From Yuukianura sp. NJ FZ-2021 (lineage: Eukaryota): DNA of 64,000 bases. The DNA lies in assembly GCA_046563655.1 (NCBI GenBank), contig CM102288.1, positions 2,356,001 to 2,420,000 on the forward strand. Direction: 5' to 3'. How positions within the stretch are numbered: the first letter of the stretch is position 1; each line of letters opens with the position of its first letter. Under the pieces are notes generated by a model. That model ran no database searches, was not told the DNA's origin, and saw nothing but the letters and a program-made list of their open reading frames with translations. Below are positions 39,229 to 51,604 of this stretch, piece by piece. The position numbers and the translations under genes are program-made.

Positions 39229-39680
39229 TGATGCTAAACTTCTAGTCAACATGAGGTGGAGAAAGTAGAAAACGCGGTCCTTCCACTTTCTGGTGCTTTC
39301 TCCAACTGAAGATGCTGTTTGAACACTTTCAAGGCCCTTGAAAAACAAGGAAGATCTTTGGGATGCTGCATCTTTCTGTTCTTCTTTCCTGAAAGTCGAT
39401 ATTGGACCATCGCAGTCTTCCAGAACGCGCGAGCGATCACGACCAAAAAAGTTCCTTGAGCCGTGATACTTCCCAGGGCTTCATTCAGCGCAAAAAAGAG
39501 TCTGCAATTCTGGAAAAGAAAAAGTTGGCAGTATATCATGAAATTCCAAAAACATAAATCATAAAATGAAAAAATAGGAAACCTGGAAATGAATTCCATA
39601 TGATTTATGTCACCAAATTTTCCAAGCATTGTAGAAAAAGCTAACAACAAAAGTTGGTTAAATCTTGTTGATAGTTTTAA

Positions 39681-41951
39681 CTAACTTAGTAAACAAAAAT
39701 CTGAGATAATCGGAAGATGGTCAGACGGAGCTTGAAAGTTTGGTAAAGAAACTGCATCTTCTGGAAGGTTACAAACAGCAGCCATTCCGGATTTTGATGG
39801 TGGCGGGTATCTTTGAAGTAGGCGGAGCCTAGATGGCTGGTAGAAAATATAATCAATGCATCCTTCAAAATCTCCAACGACTGTTGTCAATTCTTCAGCG
39901 GGAAAAGCAGTCACTAGGTCCAAGTTGTGTGAAAATGAAATTCCAGTAACTTTTTCCGTTTCATCTACAAAATATGCAAAAAGAAGCCTAATCAACATCC
40001 ACCAATTCAATATTTCTTAACTCGGAATTTCTTACGCGATGTCCAATCATAATCATCTTCACTAATTTTTCCAGAAGTTGCCAGTCGATAAGAAGCATAA
40101 GGCGGTGTACAGTTAAAGTCACCACAAAACAACACCGTAGCCTTCTGATCCGGATTTACTTCTTTGGCATTTTGAAGTTCATCTTGAAGGCACTTGAGAC
40201 AAGTAATCATTTGTAGCAATCGTATATGATCTGCACCAGGTTTGAAGTACAGATGAGTATTTCCTACAAAGAAATTCGAACTGTGTTTCAAAGTGACAAG
40301 TTACAAAATACTGGACAAAGTTTGGACTGGACTGAAACCTTACCGACATACAACCGTTGACCAGAAGCGATATGATCCAGCGCAGTGACTTGGAGAACAG
40401 TATTCCGCTCTTCTAGTCTTTCAATTAATCCTGGAACATCGTTTAACAAACTATAGAACGGAAGTGTCTTCATTTCATCTCTAACGTGAATTGTCTTGGA
40501 GGCATGGAGTCTGAATTTAGATGGATTGTAAAAAGTCGCTACGCCTTCGTAAGAATCTTCTCCAGATTTATGTGCAATTTTCATTGCAAGGAGTCCTCTC
40601 AGTCCACATTCAGCAGAAAGAAACGGCGCATAGTAACGCTGAAAAAAAGAAGTTAAAAGTCGGTTGATTTTTATCATAACCTTCATCGCTGAATTTCCAA
40701 AATGGAAGTTGTATTTCTAACCTCAAAGTGCTTCTGTTCCATTTCCTGAAGACAAAGAATGTCACCTTGGTACGCTCTTAGTTCAGCAGTGCTGAGCGGC
40801 AATCGGTAGTCACTTACTAGCGAATCTTTTGGACTTTGCGTGAACCATTCTGGAGTGGTCAGCATTTCACCCAGGGCGTTATACGACACAACCCTGAAGG
40901 AATTCGGAGAATCCTGTGGCAGTGGTGACATCCGCATGAGCCTTTCGGTGTAAAAGAAGTGCTGGACAGGCGGAAGGGCAATTGGTTCCAGTATTTCTAC
41001 TGTCAGCGGTTCTCCAAATCTGGTTCCATCTGATGGAGTACAAGTGAATCGAAGATATGAATTGACATCGGATTCGGTTGGTGTAAATACATAGCTTCCT
41101 TTCCTAGCTGTCCAAACTTCTTTACTTGGTTTTCTTGGTCTGTTTCTGGCCTTGATTCCAGGAAAATTTTCATCTCCAGGCCTCGATTCCCACAAGAACT
41201 GAGATGATTCCAAAACGAAGCACGGACTGCCTTCGATCTTATGCGGAAATATAGGGAATCCAACCAGACATTGTTTATAGAATTTGATCAAAGTAACTTC
41301 CGGTGGATTCACGACGACTGGAACTTCTTCGTCACCGAAACGTACTTTGACACTTGATGCCTCAGCGGTGCCAGCATTCAGAATAGCAGCGGCTGGAAAC
41401 GGTTCAGTAGTGGAGACAGAGTAGACGTCCTCGCCAACTAAAAATGATATCGTCATTTTCTCAGTATCAAAATTTTTAACTTTTTTACTAATGTTGGCTT
41501 TCATTCTCTCCAAAAATGCTGAAGTTGACTCCGTCACGGATCGATCAAAGTTAAATTTCCGGGAGTTTACAGTCATAGTAAGCTGGAACCGGTCTTGCCC
41601 TTCTTTAGTATACCGAAAAATTACTGGTCCAAACTTTATAGGCGCTGCGGCTGGAAGACTACTGGTACCGGATTCCGTTTCAGTTGAATCTATTGAATCC
41701 GCAATTCGTTTCTTTTTTAGTTCTGCTTCCTCCGGATGCATCTTGTTTGCTGTTGCCGGCGAGGAATGAGTAGTCATAAAACGTTTTCGAATGTCAAAGG
41801 TCAAATAAGGTGGAGATGGAGAATACCTCGAGAGCCAGTATGGCAATTGATGATATCCAGCAGCAGCAGCTGATTTCAAATCCAATGCTGCTACTAATCG
41901 TTGTAGATTCGTTTTGTGTAAAGGAGCTATCACCTTCCTGAGTGATACCAT
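39681..41951 (-). CDS. PDE12: 2',5'-phosphodiesterase 12 (EEP/CCR4-like mitochondrial deadenylase)
   Basis: RVVSYNAL, DILCLQE, NTHLY, CGDFN, IDYIFY, PSDH; N-terminal region with FTCTP; basic presequence-like start (ATG uncertain). Confidence 0.9.
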
Positions 41952-42652
41952 GAAGTTATCCTTTATCAATTTCCAATATTCCAATCAAGATCTAAAAATT
42001 GACAACGTTTTGAATGAATGTTAGTAAAAAAAAATTGAATCTACTTAAATTGCAAATTTTGATTTCTTTCATCTTTCTTGTTTCTTCTATTTCCTGTCAC
42101 TTGCCCGGTTCTTCTTTTGAATTTTCAAAATCTCTTTCCGCCTTTGCATGAGATGGGACTCATTTTTTCTGAAAGTTACTTCAATAACTGATTGTGAGCT
42201 AAATGAACCTATGAATCATATTAATCTTATTAATTAACACTTTAATTAAAGATTTTATGCTAATACAATACAGAATACAATACTAAAAACTAAACCCAAA
42301 CTGAAAATCTGTACTACAGAATTTATACAGAATCAATTTACCGTGTTTAGTTCGCAAAATTCCAGTTAACTAGAAAAACTGAACTTAGTAAGATAAAATT
42401 GGAAACAAACAGTTATTCAGCGTCTTCCTTCTCAATAATTTAAGTTTTCAAAATTTTAGGACTTACGTTTTCAGTTTCCAAAAAATTTGAAACTGAATAT
42501 AGGTGCAATGAATACCGCTCGTTTAAGTTTACTTCTTTTTCTAACTTAACAATTAATTTGAGTTACTTTAGTCAGGTTAAGTTCCAGTTTTAGGTAAAAT
42601 GTTTCATTTTGACAGTGTAGACGTTAGCTGTTCCGAAATCCGAAAAAACCGA

Positions 42653-44034
42653 TTATCGTACAACAGTATTCCAGAGGTAGCCGATTGAAATCACTATTAT
42701 GAAGGTTTCCTTAGCACCATTCTTGACGTAGTACTTTGACATTGTTCCTCCTCCGGTCATGTCCACTTGATGTTCGCTTGTCTCCGGTTGAATCGATACC
42801 GTTTCTCGAACCGGGTCAGTGTCACACCCTCTACGAATTGACCCCACGGTCATTGCCAGTGTTATGGCAGTTCCTTTAGTGGACTTGCTCTGGATCGCTG
42901 GTTTCTGACTCGTGTTAGGATTGTATAGACAGACTGTGTGACCACTTAAGTCAGTTCCACTGAAGATTGTCCAGTTTTTAGTTCCCACGAAAGAGTAAGA
43001 TCCGAAGGGCAGTGGCAGGGGAAGGCGCAACTCTAGGCCATCAGTAGTAAGTCTCTCTCCGGTCTGGTTGACCTCGCGGAACAACAGAAGAGCCTGGTGG
43101 ACATGGGGCCCTTTGACCCGTGACACGGATTTCCGTCCATCTTTGATCATAGAAAGAAATACAAAGTGTCAGTTTCAGCGATTGGTCACTTGGATGCTAA
43201 AATTTCCTTACGTCTTGAAGTACATCCGCGCTGAATTGACCCGAGCGTGATGGTAGTTCCTTTGTGGACGAAAGAAACAGGTTTATGCTGAGCAATTAAG
43301 CAGGAGGATCCTCCAGAAAAGTTGGTCAGCGGAAAAACAGTCCAGTTATCCCTGGAAATTTAAAAAAAAATCAAAATTTTGACTAAATTATGGAAAATTT
43401 TGAAAACCGGGTAAACCTGGCAGTGAACCCGTAAGATTTGAAAACGTAGGGAGAGGGAAGGCGGAGATTCGTTCCATCAAAGTAGAGCTCCTCCCCTTGA
43501 AAAGCTGTAAACAGACAAAGATTAGTGTTTTACGGTTTTCAAAATTTTGAACATTTTTTTTTTCAAAATTCAAAATTTAGTACCTTCGGCAGTGAACAGA
43601 CTTAGGCCAGGTACGTCCAAGTAAGCATTTCCGACGAGTCGTATAGATTTGTACTGAATAAAGGCTCCGCCCCCGGCAGATGCCGATGACCCGCAGTTCC
43701 CATGCAGGTCATCGCTGTTTCCTTCATAGTAAATTCCACCTTCACTGTGGTTTACTCCCCGAGACAACGCCCAACTATTTATAATTCCAAAAATTTCAAA
43801 ATTTTGAAAAAAGAATTCAAAATTTTTAACTTACAGTCCATGATGAATACTGAACGACTGCATTTGATTCTGACTCACTGTCATCGACACAGCACTTAAA
43901 TTTCTCACGTTTTTATCGTACTGCTCACTCTTCCCTTTGCAGCAATTTTCCGAAAATATTGACAACTTTTGCACCCTGAGCGCCTCTGGACCACAGATTA
44001 GCGTTGTGATGATCAGAATCCACGAAGGACTCAT
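42653..44034 (-). CDS. Secreted or GPI-anchored protein with three beta/gamma-crystallin-like domains (5 exons)
   Basis: Signal-like MSPSWILIITTLICG; repeats such as SLFTAEAFQGEELYF...NWTVFPLTNFSG...CL...LGSIQRGC and NWTIFSGTDLSG...CL...VGSIRRGC; hydrophobic C-terminus. Confidence 0.7.
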
Positions 44035-45723
44035 GTTTCTTTTCCAGGTCAAAGGCCAACCCACGAACTTTTGAGCTTAAATTTTGAAACTTGTTACTCC
44101 CGCTCTCTAATTCTTCATTTTCAAGGCCATGTTTGAGCCCTGGAAAGTTTCTGGAGGCCCTCTGGCAGTTAAAATCCAGGCCGGAAAGTGTGTCACTTTC
44201 TCCCACGTGTAAACTCACAATGACTTTCTCCAGTCGCCTTCTCCATACGGCTCCACTGGGGTAATAAAAAAACCAAAAGCCAAAAACCTACGTTCAGGAA
44301 AGGAGAAAGTTAGTGTTTGGAGGCTTTATACAAAAGTGGGCCAAATATTGATCTGTCTTCCCTTCCAGAACAGAGATCCACTGCTTCTGATCCTAGAGAG
44401 TGCGAAAACAAGAAACACGATTCGTGTTTGACTTGACACAGAGAAAGTGAGAAAATGAGGCTATTTTTATTCAATTTCTCAAATTTTGGAACATCATCAT
44501 CATATCTCACTTGTTCATAAGTTCATGAATTATGGATCATAACAACCATACTAATAGACTCCAAGCGTCAAAGCAGCTGCGCTGCACGCCAAAAAAAAAA
44601 CCGAATTTTGACAAGGGAGAAAAGTAGGTCATTTAGATTTTTCGGAAAAAAAAGAAAAGTAAGAAAGAGAGAAAAGGAGAAGAAAAAAGCTTTTCTGCCG
44701 AAGAAAAAAAATTGCAGACAAAATCATGTTTTTCAATGGGAAAAGTTCCAAAAATTCCTAAGCGGCGTTTAAATCTGTGACGCATAATTTCACATGGTGA
44801 AGATAATTTTGAAAACTTGCTCCTAAAATTTTTGGAATATGTTAAAAACTGAAATTTTGTTCAGTTTTTGACGGATTTTGAATTTTTGAATTTGCTGCCC
44901 GTTGTATATACTGGTCTAAAATTATTGACGTTTTATTCGTTACGTTTTCACATCATTACACATGTTCATGTTTACATTTTTTTTTACATTACATAGTTTT
45001 ACATTTTTATATTACGTCATCATCGTTTTTTACTGTATTACTTTGTATATTTTTACTATTATGTCTAAGCTTGCAGGTCATAGGTCAAGGTCAGGTCACC
45101 GATTACTATTCGTACTTATGCAGAATTATAATCACATGTTTTCAAAATTTTGAAAAGGTACACATTTACTTTAAGGGAACTAGAAAGAGACTAGGATTTT
45201 TTAAATTTTGAAAAATTTCAATCAGTCCAATTTTTTGAAAAACGAAAAAAAAAATCCGTATAACGTTCTTCAGTCTTGTCATTCTTACTTGATCGTCCCT
45301 TCATTACCATCGTTTGTACGATATGACTTGTACAATTACCAGTTTGTACACAATTTGCACAAATTTTGAAAAAAATTGCAAATTTGCAAAATTTTTGAAA
45401 TGGACATTCCGTAAAAGGTTCCGCAGGGAAAGCTTTTGCAACATCGTTCGACATGCGCTTCAACAATTTTTTTTTAAATTTTTTGAAACTAAATTGCGAC
45501 TGGACTAAATATTGCATAAATTTCTTAAGCATGTCGAAGAAATTAATTTTGCAACTTCATAATTCGCAAAATCAAAATTTTGCAAATTACACTTTTTTGA
45601 GAAAAAGTGGATTTTGGAAGATATGGCAGTAAAATTTTTTTGAACAATTTTTAAATAGTAGTCTTACTCTTCCTTTCCATTTTTTAAAATTTGTTAACTT
45701 GCAATAAGTTAATCGTTAATTAA

Positions 45724-47110
45724 CTAATCATTCATAACTGCAAACCTAGCCGAAAGCAACATAAATCCAATTGCGACAATTCCGTTTTGCGTCAATTTTG
45801 GCCCCGCCCCATCCGTCGTCCCGCCGCCCCGCCCCTTAGCATTTCCATTGTCACTTGTCCCTCCCCCCACCTCATTATTGCTTTCAACCACACCTCCTGA
45901 CCCCTGACCTTGCTCACCCCCCAAAACATCCCCACCTCCCCCACCCCCACTCACCCCCTCCTGTGGCCCACCCCCTACATTTGCCCCTCCCACTCCGGCT
46001 CCACCCCCTCCCGCTCCGACTCCGCCCCCTGACCCCGGCTGTCCCCCCTCAGGCATCACCGGTACTTCGTTTTCAATCACTTGACCTTTCTCCATTCCCG
46101 TCTCCTTGACCCCCTCTCCACTTTCTCCAACCCCGGCAAATTCAAAGGAAGTACTGGCAACACATGCTTGTTGAACGGACGAGATGCTGAATGGTCTCGG
46201 AGTGGGAATATTCGTAAAGACGTAGTTGGCTCCGCCCACTTCGCGATCAGCCACGAGACATTTAGCGTCACCTTTGAAATCTGGTTTTGAAAATAACGTC
46301 CAAGGAATCCATTTTCCCGTCAATTGAAACGAACGCATGGCAACTGCATATGGAAATCGCGTTTCTCGGCCGTCAGTGTACGCTGACTGCCCCGCAGCAT
46401 TTCGTTCTGACCAAAATTGCACGCCTGAAAGAGCTCCACTTCCACGTGACCTCGGTTTCGGACGAACTGAAATCCACAACAAAATCGGTTTTTAGAAAAT
46501 CCTTTTTGAAAGTTTGAAAAACAACTTTTGGGGTCAAGAGGTCAAAATACAAGAATTTGTGTTAGAAATTAAAATTACCCATAACCATTGAGTCGTTACA
46601 CCAACAGCCACGTCGAATGGAGCCGACCGTGATGTCATGCGCACCGTTGCCAGTTACGGGATGTCCAGGATCCGATAGGAGACACATCGGACTTCCGCTG
46701 TAGTTTGACCTTGGATAAATCGTCCAGTTGACCCCGCCTTTGAACCGATGACTCTTCGTTTTAAACGGTTGCGGAAGACTGAGTCCGTGTCCATCAAAAA
46801 ACAGTTCGGCTCCTCTGAATTCCTGTTCAGCCGACATCGATATCGCTGGAGAGTTGGGGTCAACGTCCTTGAGAAGATGCTTCGGAGCTTCGCTGATTGG
46901 TTCTTCATCGCCCAGGGGCATGTCAATGACAAAGTCTCCGTGATCTTCATGTTCCTCATGTCCATGATGGAATTCGGCAGAACCAAGATGTGCTTCTTCC
47001 TCTTCCGAAGTGTAATAGTCGTCCTCCCAAGTATAATTGTGAATGTGGCTGCCAAGGACAGAGGTCAAGAGGACCAACAGCACTGTGAGAGTTGTCCAGC
47101 GTGTGTCCAT
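45724..47110 (-). CDS. Secreted or GPI-anchored protein with two beta/gamma-crystallin-like domains, His/Glu patch and Gly-rich stalk
   Basis: Signal peptide MDTRWTTLTVLLVLLTSVLG; NWTIYPRSNYSG..CL..VGSIRRGC and WTLFSKPDFKG..CL..ISSVQQAC; Gly-rich linker; hydrophobic C-terminus; paralogous to 42653-44034. Confidence 0.75.
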
Positions 47111-47692
47111 GGTGTGTCCAGAAACCTTATCCAGAAATGCCTTGTGTCCTCTACGTCTTGTGTTTATTGATTGACTGCTTCCCGTCCAATTGTGGCTCAT
47201 GAGAGACTCTCTCCTGGATGGCGAATGGGAATGGGGTTCGGGAGTGTTTGGCCTTGGCCCATTTCCTGCCGTTCGTCTAGCATCTCTAAGTAAGTGAAAC
47301 TACCAAAACAGCATCTCTGGAACCTGCGCAATTTTTTTTGCAAAAAAAAAATTGCGAAAGTGTGCAAAAACTGGTCTGCCAGACTCCAGAAGTAAACAAA
47401 AACAGAGACGGAACTACGAAAGACAGGAAATTGAAAAGGGCAAGCAGGAGATGAAAGAAAATGTGTCATGCTCTTGTGAGAAACTTGAAAATAGAAATTC
47501 GAAATTTCTGAAATTTTGAAAACACTTCATTTTTCAACTTCGGAATTCAAAATTTCATTTTTGAAATCCAAAGTCTCCTATTATGTCTACTCGGAGGATA
47601 CTCAATACCGCATGAAACTACAAAAACTTCCATCAACAAAATTTCAAGAATAAAAATCGGTTTAATTTTATACAACGTAAAAGTTATCGCGA

Positions 47693-48434
47693 CTATAAAT
47701 TTTTTTGAAAAAATAGAACTGCTAATAGAATCATTAGAACTTTGCTAATTTGCAAAAGACTTGCTGAATTGCAGTAATTGCTATCACAGTAACATACATG
47801 TTCAAAGTCAGTTATGTTTAGGAGCGTGACGTTGATTGGCGGAAGTTGCAAAAATCCGCAGCCAAGGTCATGTTGCCTCCCAAGCGCCGTGGAACTCAAA
47901 GCGCAGCCGCGTTGAACCGACCGCCTAAACTTCTGAGACGGATTTTCTTCTGGTATATCCGGAGGTGGGAGGGCATAATGCGTGACCATTTTGGTACAAA
48001 AGTAACGCAGATCGCCTTCGTCGCTTTCTGGACATGTCACTTCATACAAGTACTTGGAAGGACCAATAGGATTGTCAAATTCGTCACAAGACTCCAACTG
48101 CAGAACGTCAGCAGCATCTTCCGGTGTATGAGTATTGGCAGTATAAAACTCGGAAGTATCCCGACTACTGTCGTTTGTCCTTCCAGCACCAGTTGAAGGT
48201 GTCAGAGTTCCACAGCGGTAGCAGGTCAACGCCCATCCTTAAAAAACAAGTTAGAATTGTTAAAAATAGAGCTCCGGGCAGGATTTGGAACATTTACGGT
48301 ACTTTTACACTTTCCACGGCCCTTTGTGCTAAAATTGTAATGATAATTGAAATTTTCATATTAAAAAGATGTTAGTTACCCGAGAACAAATTGGAAAGTA
48401 GGAAGATCGTGAAAGTGGGCCATGTTATAACCAT
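47693..48434 (-). CDS. Ly6/uPAR three-finger GPI-anchored protein (quiver/sleepless-like)
   Basis: Signal-peptide exon, LTCYRC start, FCTK, QRGC, CYCDSNYCN followed by a hydrophobic tail. Confidence 0.85.
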
Positions 48435-49455
48435 TATGTGCCAAATTATTTCTAAATTATCTTTTCAATTTAAAAACACAATTTTGAAAGAAACTGTGTC
48501 ACTGCACTTTCCAAATGCTAAAAACTGAGGAGACACAGTTTGAACCAAGGCTGAGTTAAATTAATAGTGCAAATGAAGTGTTAATTGTGAAGTACTAACT
48601 GACGCCTTCACTAAAAGTGTCAAAAGGAAGAGAGATAAATGGGAAACTCAAGGAGCCAAGATAAACACCAAGCAAAAACAGGCCTAACTTTAACTTTTAA
48701 CTTAACTTTTTAATTTCTAACTAAGCTAGGATGAACTTTTTCCTTCTTGTGACTAATTACTACAATTTCTTGTTAATTTTGGCGTATTGTATCCTCAGTT
48801 ATATTCTAAAGTTACACCACAAAATATAATATACATAAGGAAAACCACATTCACGGCCACAAATTCCTTAGAACACTAAACAAAGTTATGTATAGTAAAC
48901 AGAAATTTTGCAATTTCGGAAACTTGCGAAAAAGTAATCCTATTTTTAAATTCTAAGCAAGATTTTTGCATGATCTATTTTTGCATGTTTTGGGATCTGC
49001 AGATTCTAAAAGTGGAAGATCATTCAGAAGTTGGACAGAGATGAGTCACTTAAGTAGGTGTTAGTTGTACTTCGTTTGAGTCAATAAAGACATAATGCGA
49101 AGCAAGCTGTTTCGAAATTCTGAAAAATTTTGAAAGTTGACTTATTTTTTTAAAATTTCAGGTTTTCGATAGGATATTTTAGTAGCATTGGGAATTGAAA
49201 TTACTTGTGGAGCGGAGCGGAGGTGAACTGGAATGTTTAGAATCAGTCTGATGAGTTGTGTTGACTTTTTCTAAAAATTTTAATTTTTGAAAAACTGTAG
49301 ACATGAAAACGAACACTGAGGAAGCCTCCAATGAGTTACCGCAAACATTCCCAGAAGGAGCGTGCCGCTGGTCAAGGTCACATGCCAGACTTCGCGAAAA
49401 AAAAAACAGACATGGTTTTACTTTCCTTGAAGTCGTCATTTAGAATTGGTTCAAA

Positions 49456-51321
49456 ATGCTCAGCGGAACAACGACCGGTACGGTATTTTTACTCGTTTTT
49501 GCCCAGTACCGGTTTGGAAGTTCGTTTCGGTTTGAAATTTCCACGGAATTTCAAAACTGCAATTTGTATGCGCTGGATATAGAAACAAATCGGGATCAAA
49601 GAGATTTGCTAGAATCCTTGCTGTACCAAAACCAAGTCGGACAGCCATGGACCGTCAGTGCCGTGAACGTAATTCCCCAATTTTGGTGGCTACGTCCATT
49701 TCGATACATTCCAGAACAGTGTTCCGTGACATTTACTTTTTTCCCGCTGTGTTACCACAAGGACTTGAATGATTTCTATCTTGGTCGATTAACCAAAACG
49801 AATTCACTTACGGTACTATTCGTACCGATTCAACATCCATGTCGTACTTTACATTCCTACTACCAAGCACATTTGGTCCAGTCGAAGTATTTCACATTTC
49901 TGATGGATTACTCTAAACGTATTGTACGTCACACATACGCACTCGTTGTTGATCGCAAGCTACCATTCCCAATGCGCAGAATCCCAAATACGACTTCTCT
50001 GCGCAACCTAACCCAATCCTGGAATCGCTTAAACCGAAACAATTTTCATGGAATTTCAATTTCCATAATTTCAATGTACTCTGGCTACACTTTTGTTGAA
50101 TCAGTTATTTCAAGCTGTAGATTTCTGCAATCTTTGCATCGGCACAGACCAGAACTGGTAGGTTGCCATCCTGGGCACATCTTCATGGAAAACATGGCAG
50201 ACAAATTCAACGCTTCTATTTGGTATTTTCCCAAATTGCCACAATATAAAAACAATACTTGGCGAATGGACCAGAACTCAATGGTTATTCTAGACGAACG
50301 CCAAACAATTTTGACTGACCTAGCCTCACATTTGACCTACGTAGAAGAAAACTTCCAAGATCAGCTTAAGTTACGCCTGGCATATTGTACTAAAAGTCCA
50401 GAAATCCGCAGAGGATTTAATGTCCTCAGTTGGCTAAATCCATTTGAAATGAAAGTTTGGTGGTTCGTTTTTACCGTAATTGGGCTTACAATGCCCCTCA
50501 TATTCCACTCACCAGGATTTGACACTCTACTGTCCGTTTATGTTTTCTTGGTATGCGCCCATTATGAAAGTATTTTTTCGAGTCATACCGTAAGTCCCCC
50601 AGCTTTGGTTACAATTGAATCCTTGCGGGAATTAATTACATTAAATTACAAATTAATTGATTTTAACGCTTTACAACTGGAGGATTACAAGGAATTTAGG
50701 GCCGTAGTTCTCTCAAGTACGGATGTAACTGAACTGGAACTTAATTCTAGTTTGATTGAATCTAACGATGCACCGAAGTTGAAAATTAGAAGGCTCGGTG
50801 ACTGTAAAAGTACAATGTTGTCACAAGAGGTCAAAGGTCACGGGTATAGTATCATACACTGGAAGTTGAATGTGAGACAATTTGATGCCAACCTTCGATG
50901 CTACATTGTACCAAAACCAGAAATTGTACGTAGGTCATACTATACGTTTGAAGGAATCGGAAAGAAGGAGCTCTTGCACGGTGCAAAATTGTTTACCGAA
51001 GCTGGAATTCTGGATATGATTGCTGCTGTTAATTCAGTTAGGGACTACTACAAGGGATTAGTACTTGAAGAACGACTACAAGAACAAGAAAATGCGCCAA
51101 AACCGTTTCGAGTTTCGGAGTGGCGAATTGGATCCATTTTTGTAACACTTTCAGCTCTTCATGTCATCAACTTCGTAGTATTTCTTAGAGAACGTCGATG
51201 TATAGAAGTTCGAGTCAAAATTTGTTCAAGCGAAACAAGTAGTAGTATTTACCGATTTTTAGAAAAAGTAGTAGGAATGATTATTTATTGTTATAATTAC
51301 AAACCACAGTGGCGGCGTTAG
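49456..51321 (+). CDS. Intronless divergent ionotropic receptor (IR)-like membrane protein
   Basis: 621-aa ORF with signal-like start, WLNPFEMKVWW (pre-M1/M1), HYESIFSSHTVSPP..IESLREL (M3/S2), FTEAGIL and a C-terminal TM. Confidence 0.7.
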   Translation: MLSGTTTGTVFLLVFAQYRFGSSFRFEISTEFQNCNLYALDIETNRDQRDLLESLLYQNQVGQPWTVSAVNVIPQFWWLRPFRYIPEQCSVTFTFFPLCYHKDLNDFYLGRLTKTNSLTVLFVPIQHPCRTLHSYYQAHLVQSKYFTFLMDYSKRIVRHTYALVVDRKLPFPMRRIPNTTSLRNLTQSWNRLNRNNFHGISISIISMYSGYTFVESVISSCRFLQSLHRHRPELVGCHPGHIFMENMADKFNASIWYFPKLPQYKNNTWRMDQNSMVILDERQTILTDLASHLTYVEENFQDQLKLRLAYCTKSPEIRRGFNVLSWLNPFEMKVWWFVFTVIGLTMPLIFHSPGFDTLLSVYVFLVCAHYESIFSSHTVSPPALVTIESLRELITLNYKLIDFNALQLEDYKEFRAVVLSSTDVTELELNSSLIESNDAPKLKIRRLGDCKSTMLSQEVKGHGYSIIHWKLNVRQFDANLRCYIVPKPEIVRRSYYTFEGIGKKELLHGAKLFTEAGILDMIAAVNSVRDYYKGLVLEERLQEQENAPKPFRVSEWRIGSIFVTLSALHVINFVVFLRERRCIEVRVKICSSETSSSIYRFLEKVVGMIIYCYNYKPQWRR

Positions 51322-51604
51322 TTCTTTTGGAAATTCGGCAGTATAGTGAAAGGTAGAATCCGGGAGATAATAGAACTATTACGGTAGAGCTAAAAAAAAT
51401 CCGAGTTTTTAAAATAAATTTCTTGTATCCATGTGAACGTTGACCTTGTGACCTTCGTAAATAGAAGTTGTTGAAGTGAAATACCTAGTCAAAGTATTTG
51501 AGAAAATTTTTGCAATTTGTCAATTTTATAAAAAAAAAATTGATTCACGTCAGTCAGTCCAGCAGCATAGCCTGTCAGATTTTCTGCGTACAACATTTGA
51601 GAAA

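Noticed and set aside
39246..39650. 134-aa minus-strand ORF between PDE12 and the neprilysin gene
   Set aside because: It starts at a non-ATG codon, crosses a probable 5' UTR intron of the neprilysin gene and has no recognisable motif.
45135..45660. TTTTCAAAATTTTGAAAA-type palindromes as MITE ends
   Set aside because: Such A/T-tract palindromes occur throughout introns and spacers in this window; no defined element or target-site duplication.
45800..46060. C/G-run tract as a regulatory G-quadruplex island, and the Pro/His-rich + strand ORF 45855-46109
   Set aside because: Fully explained by Gly codons of the minus-strand stalk; no independent evidence.
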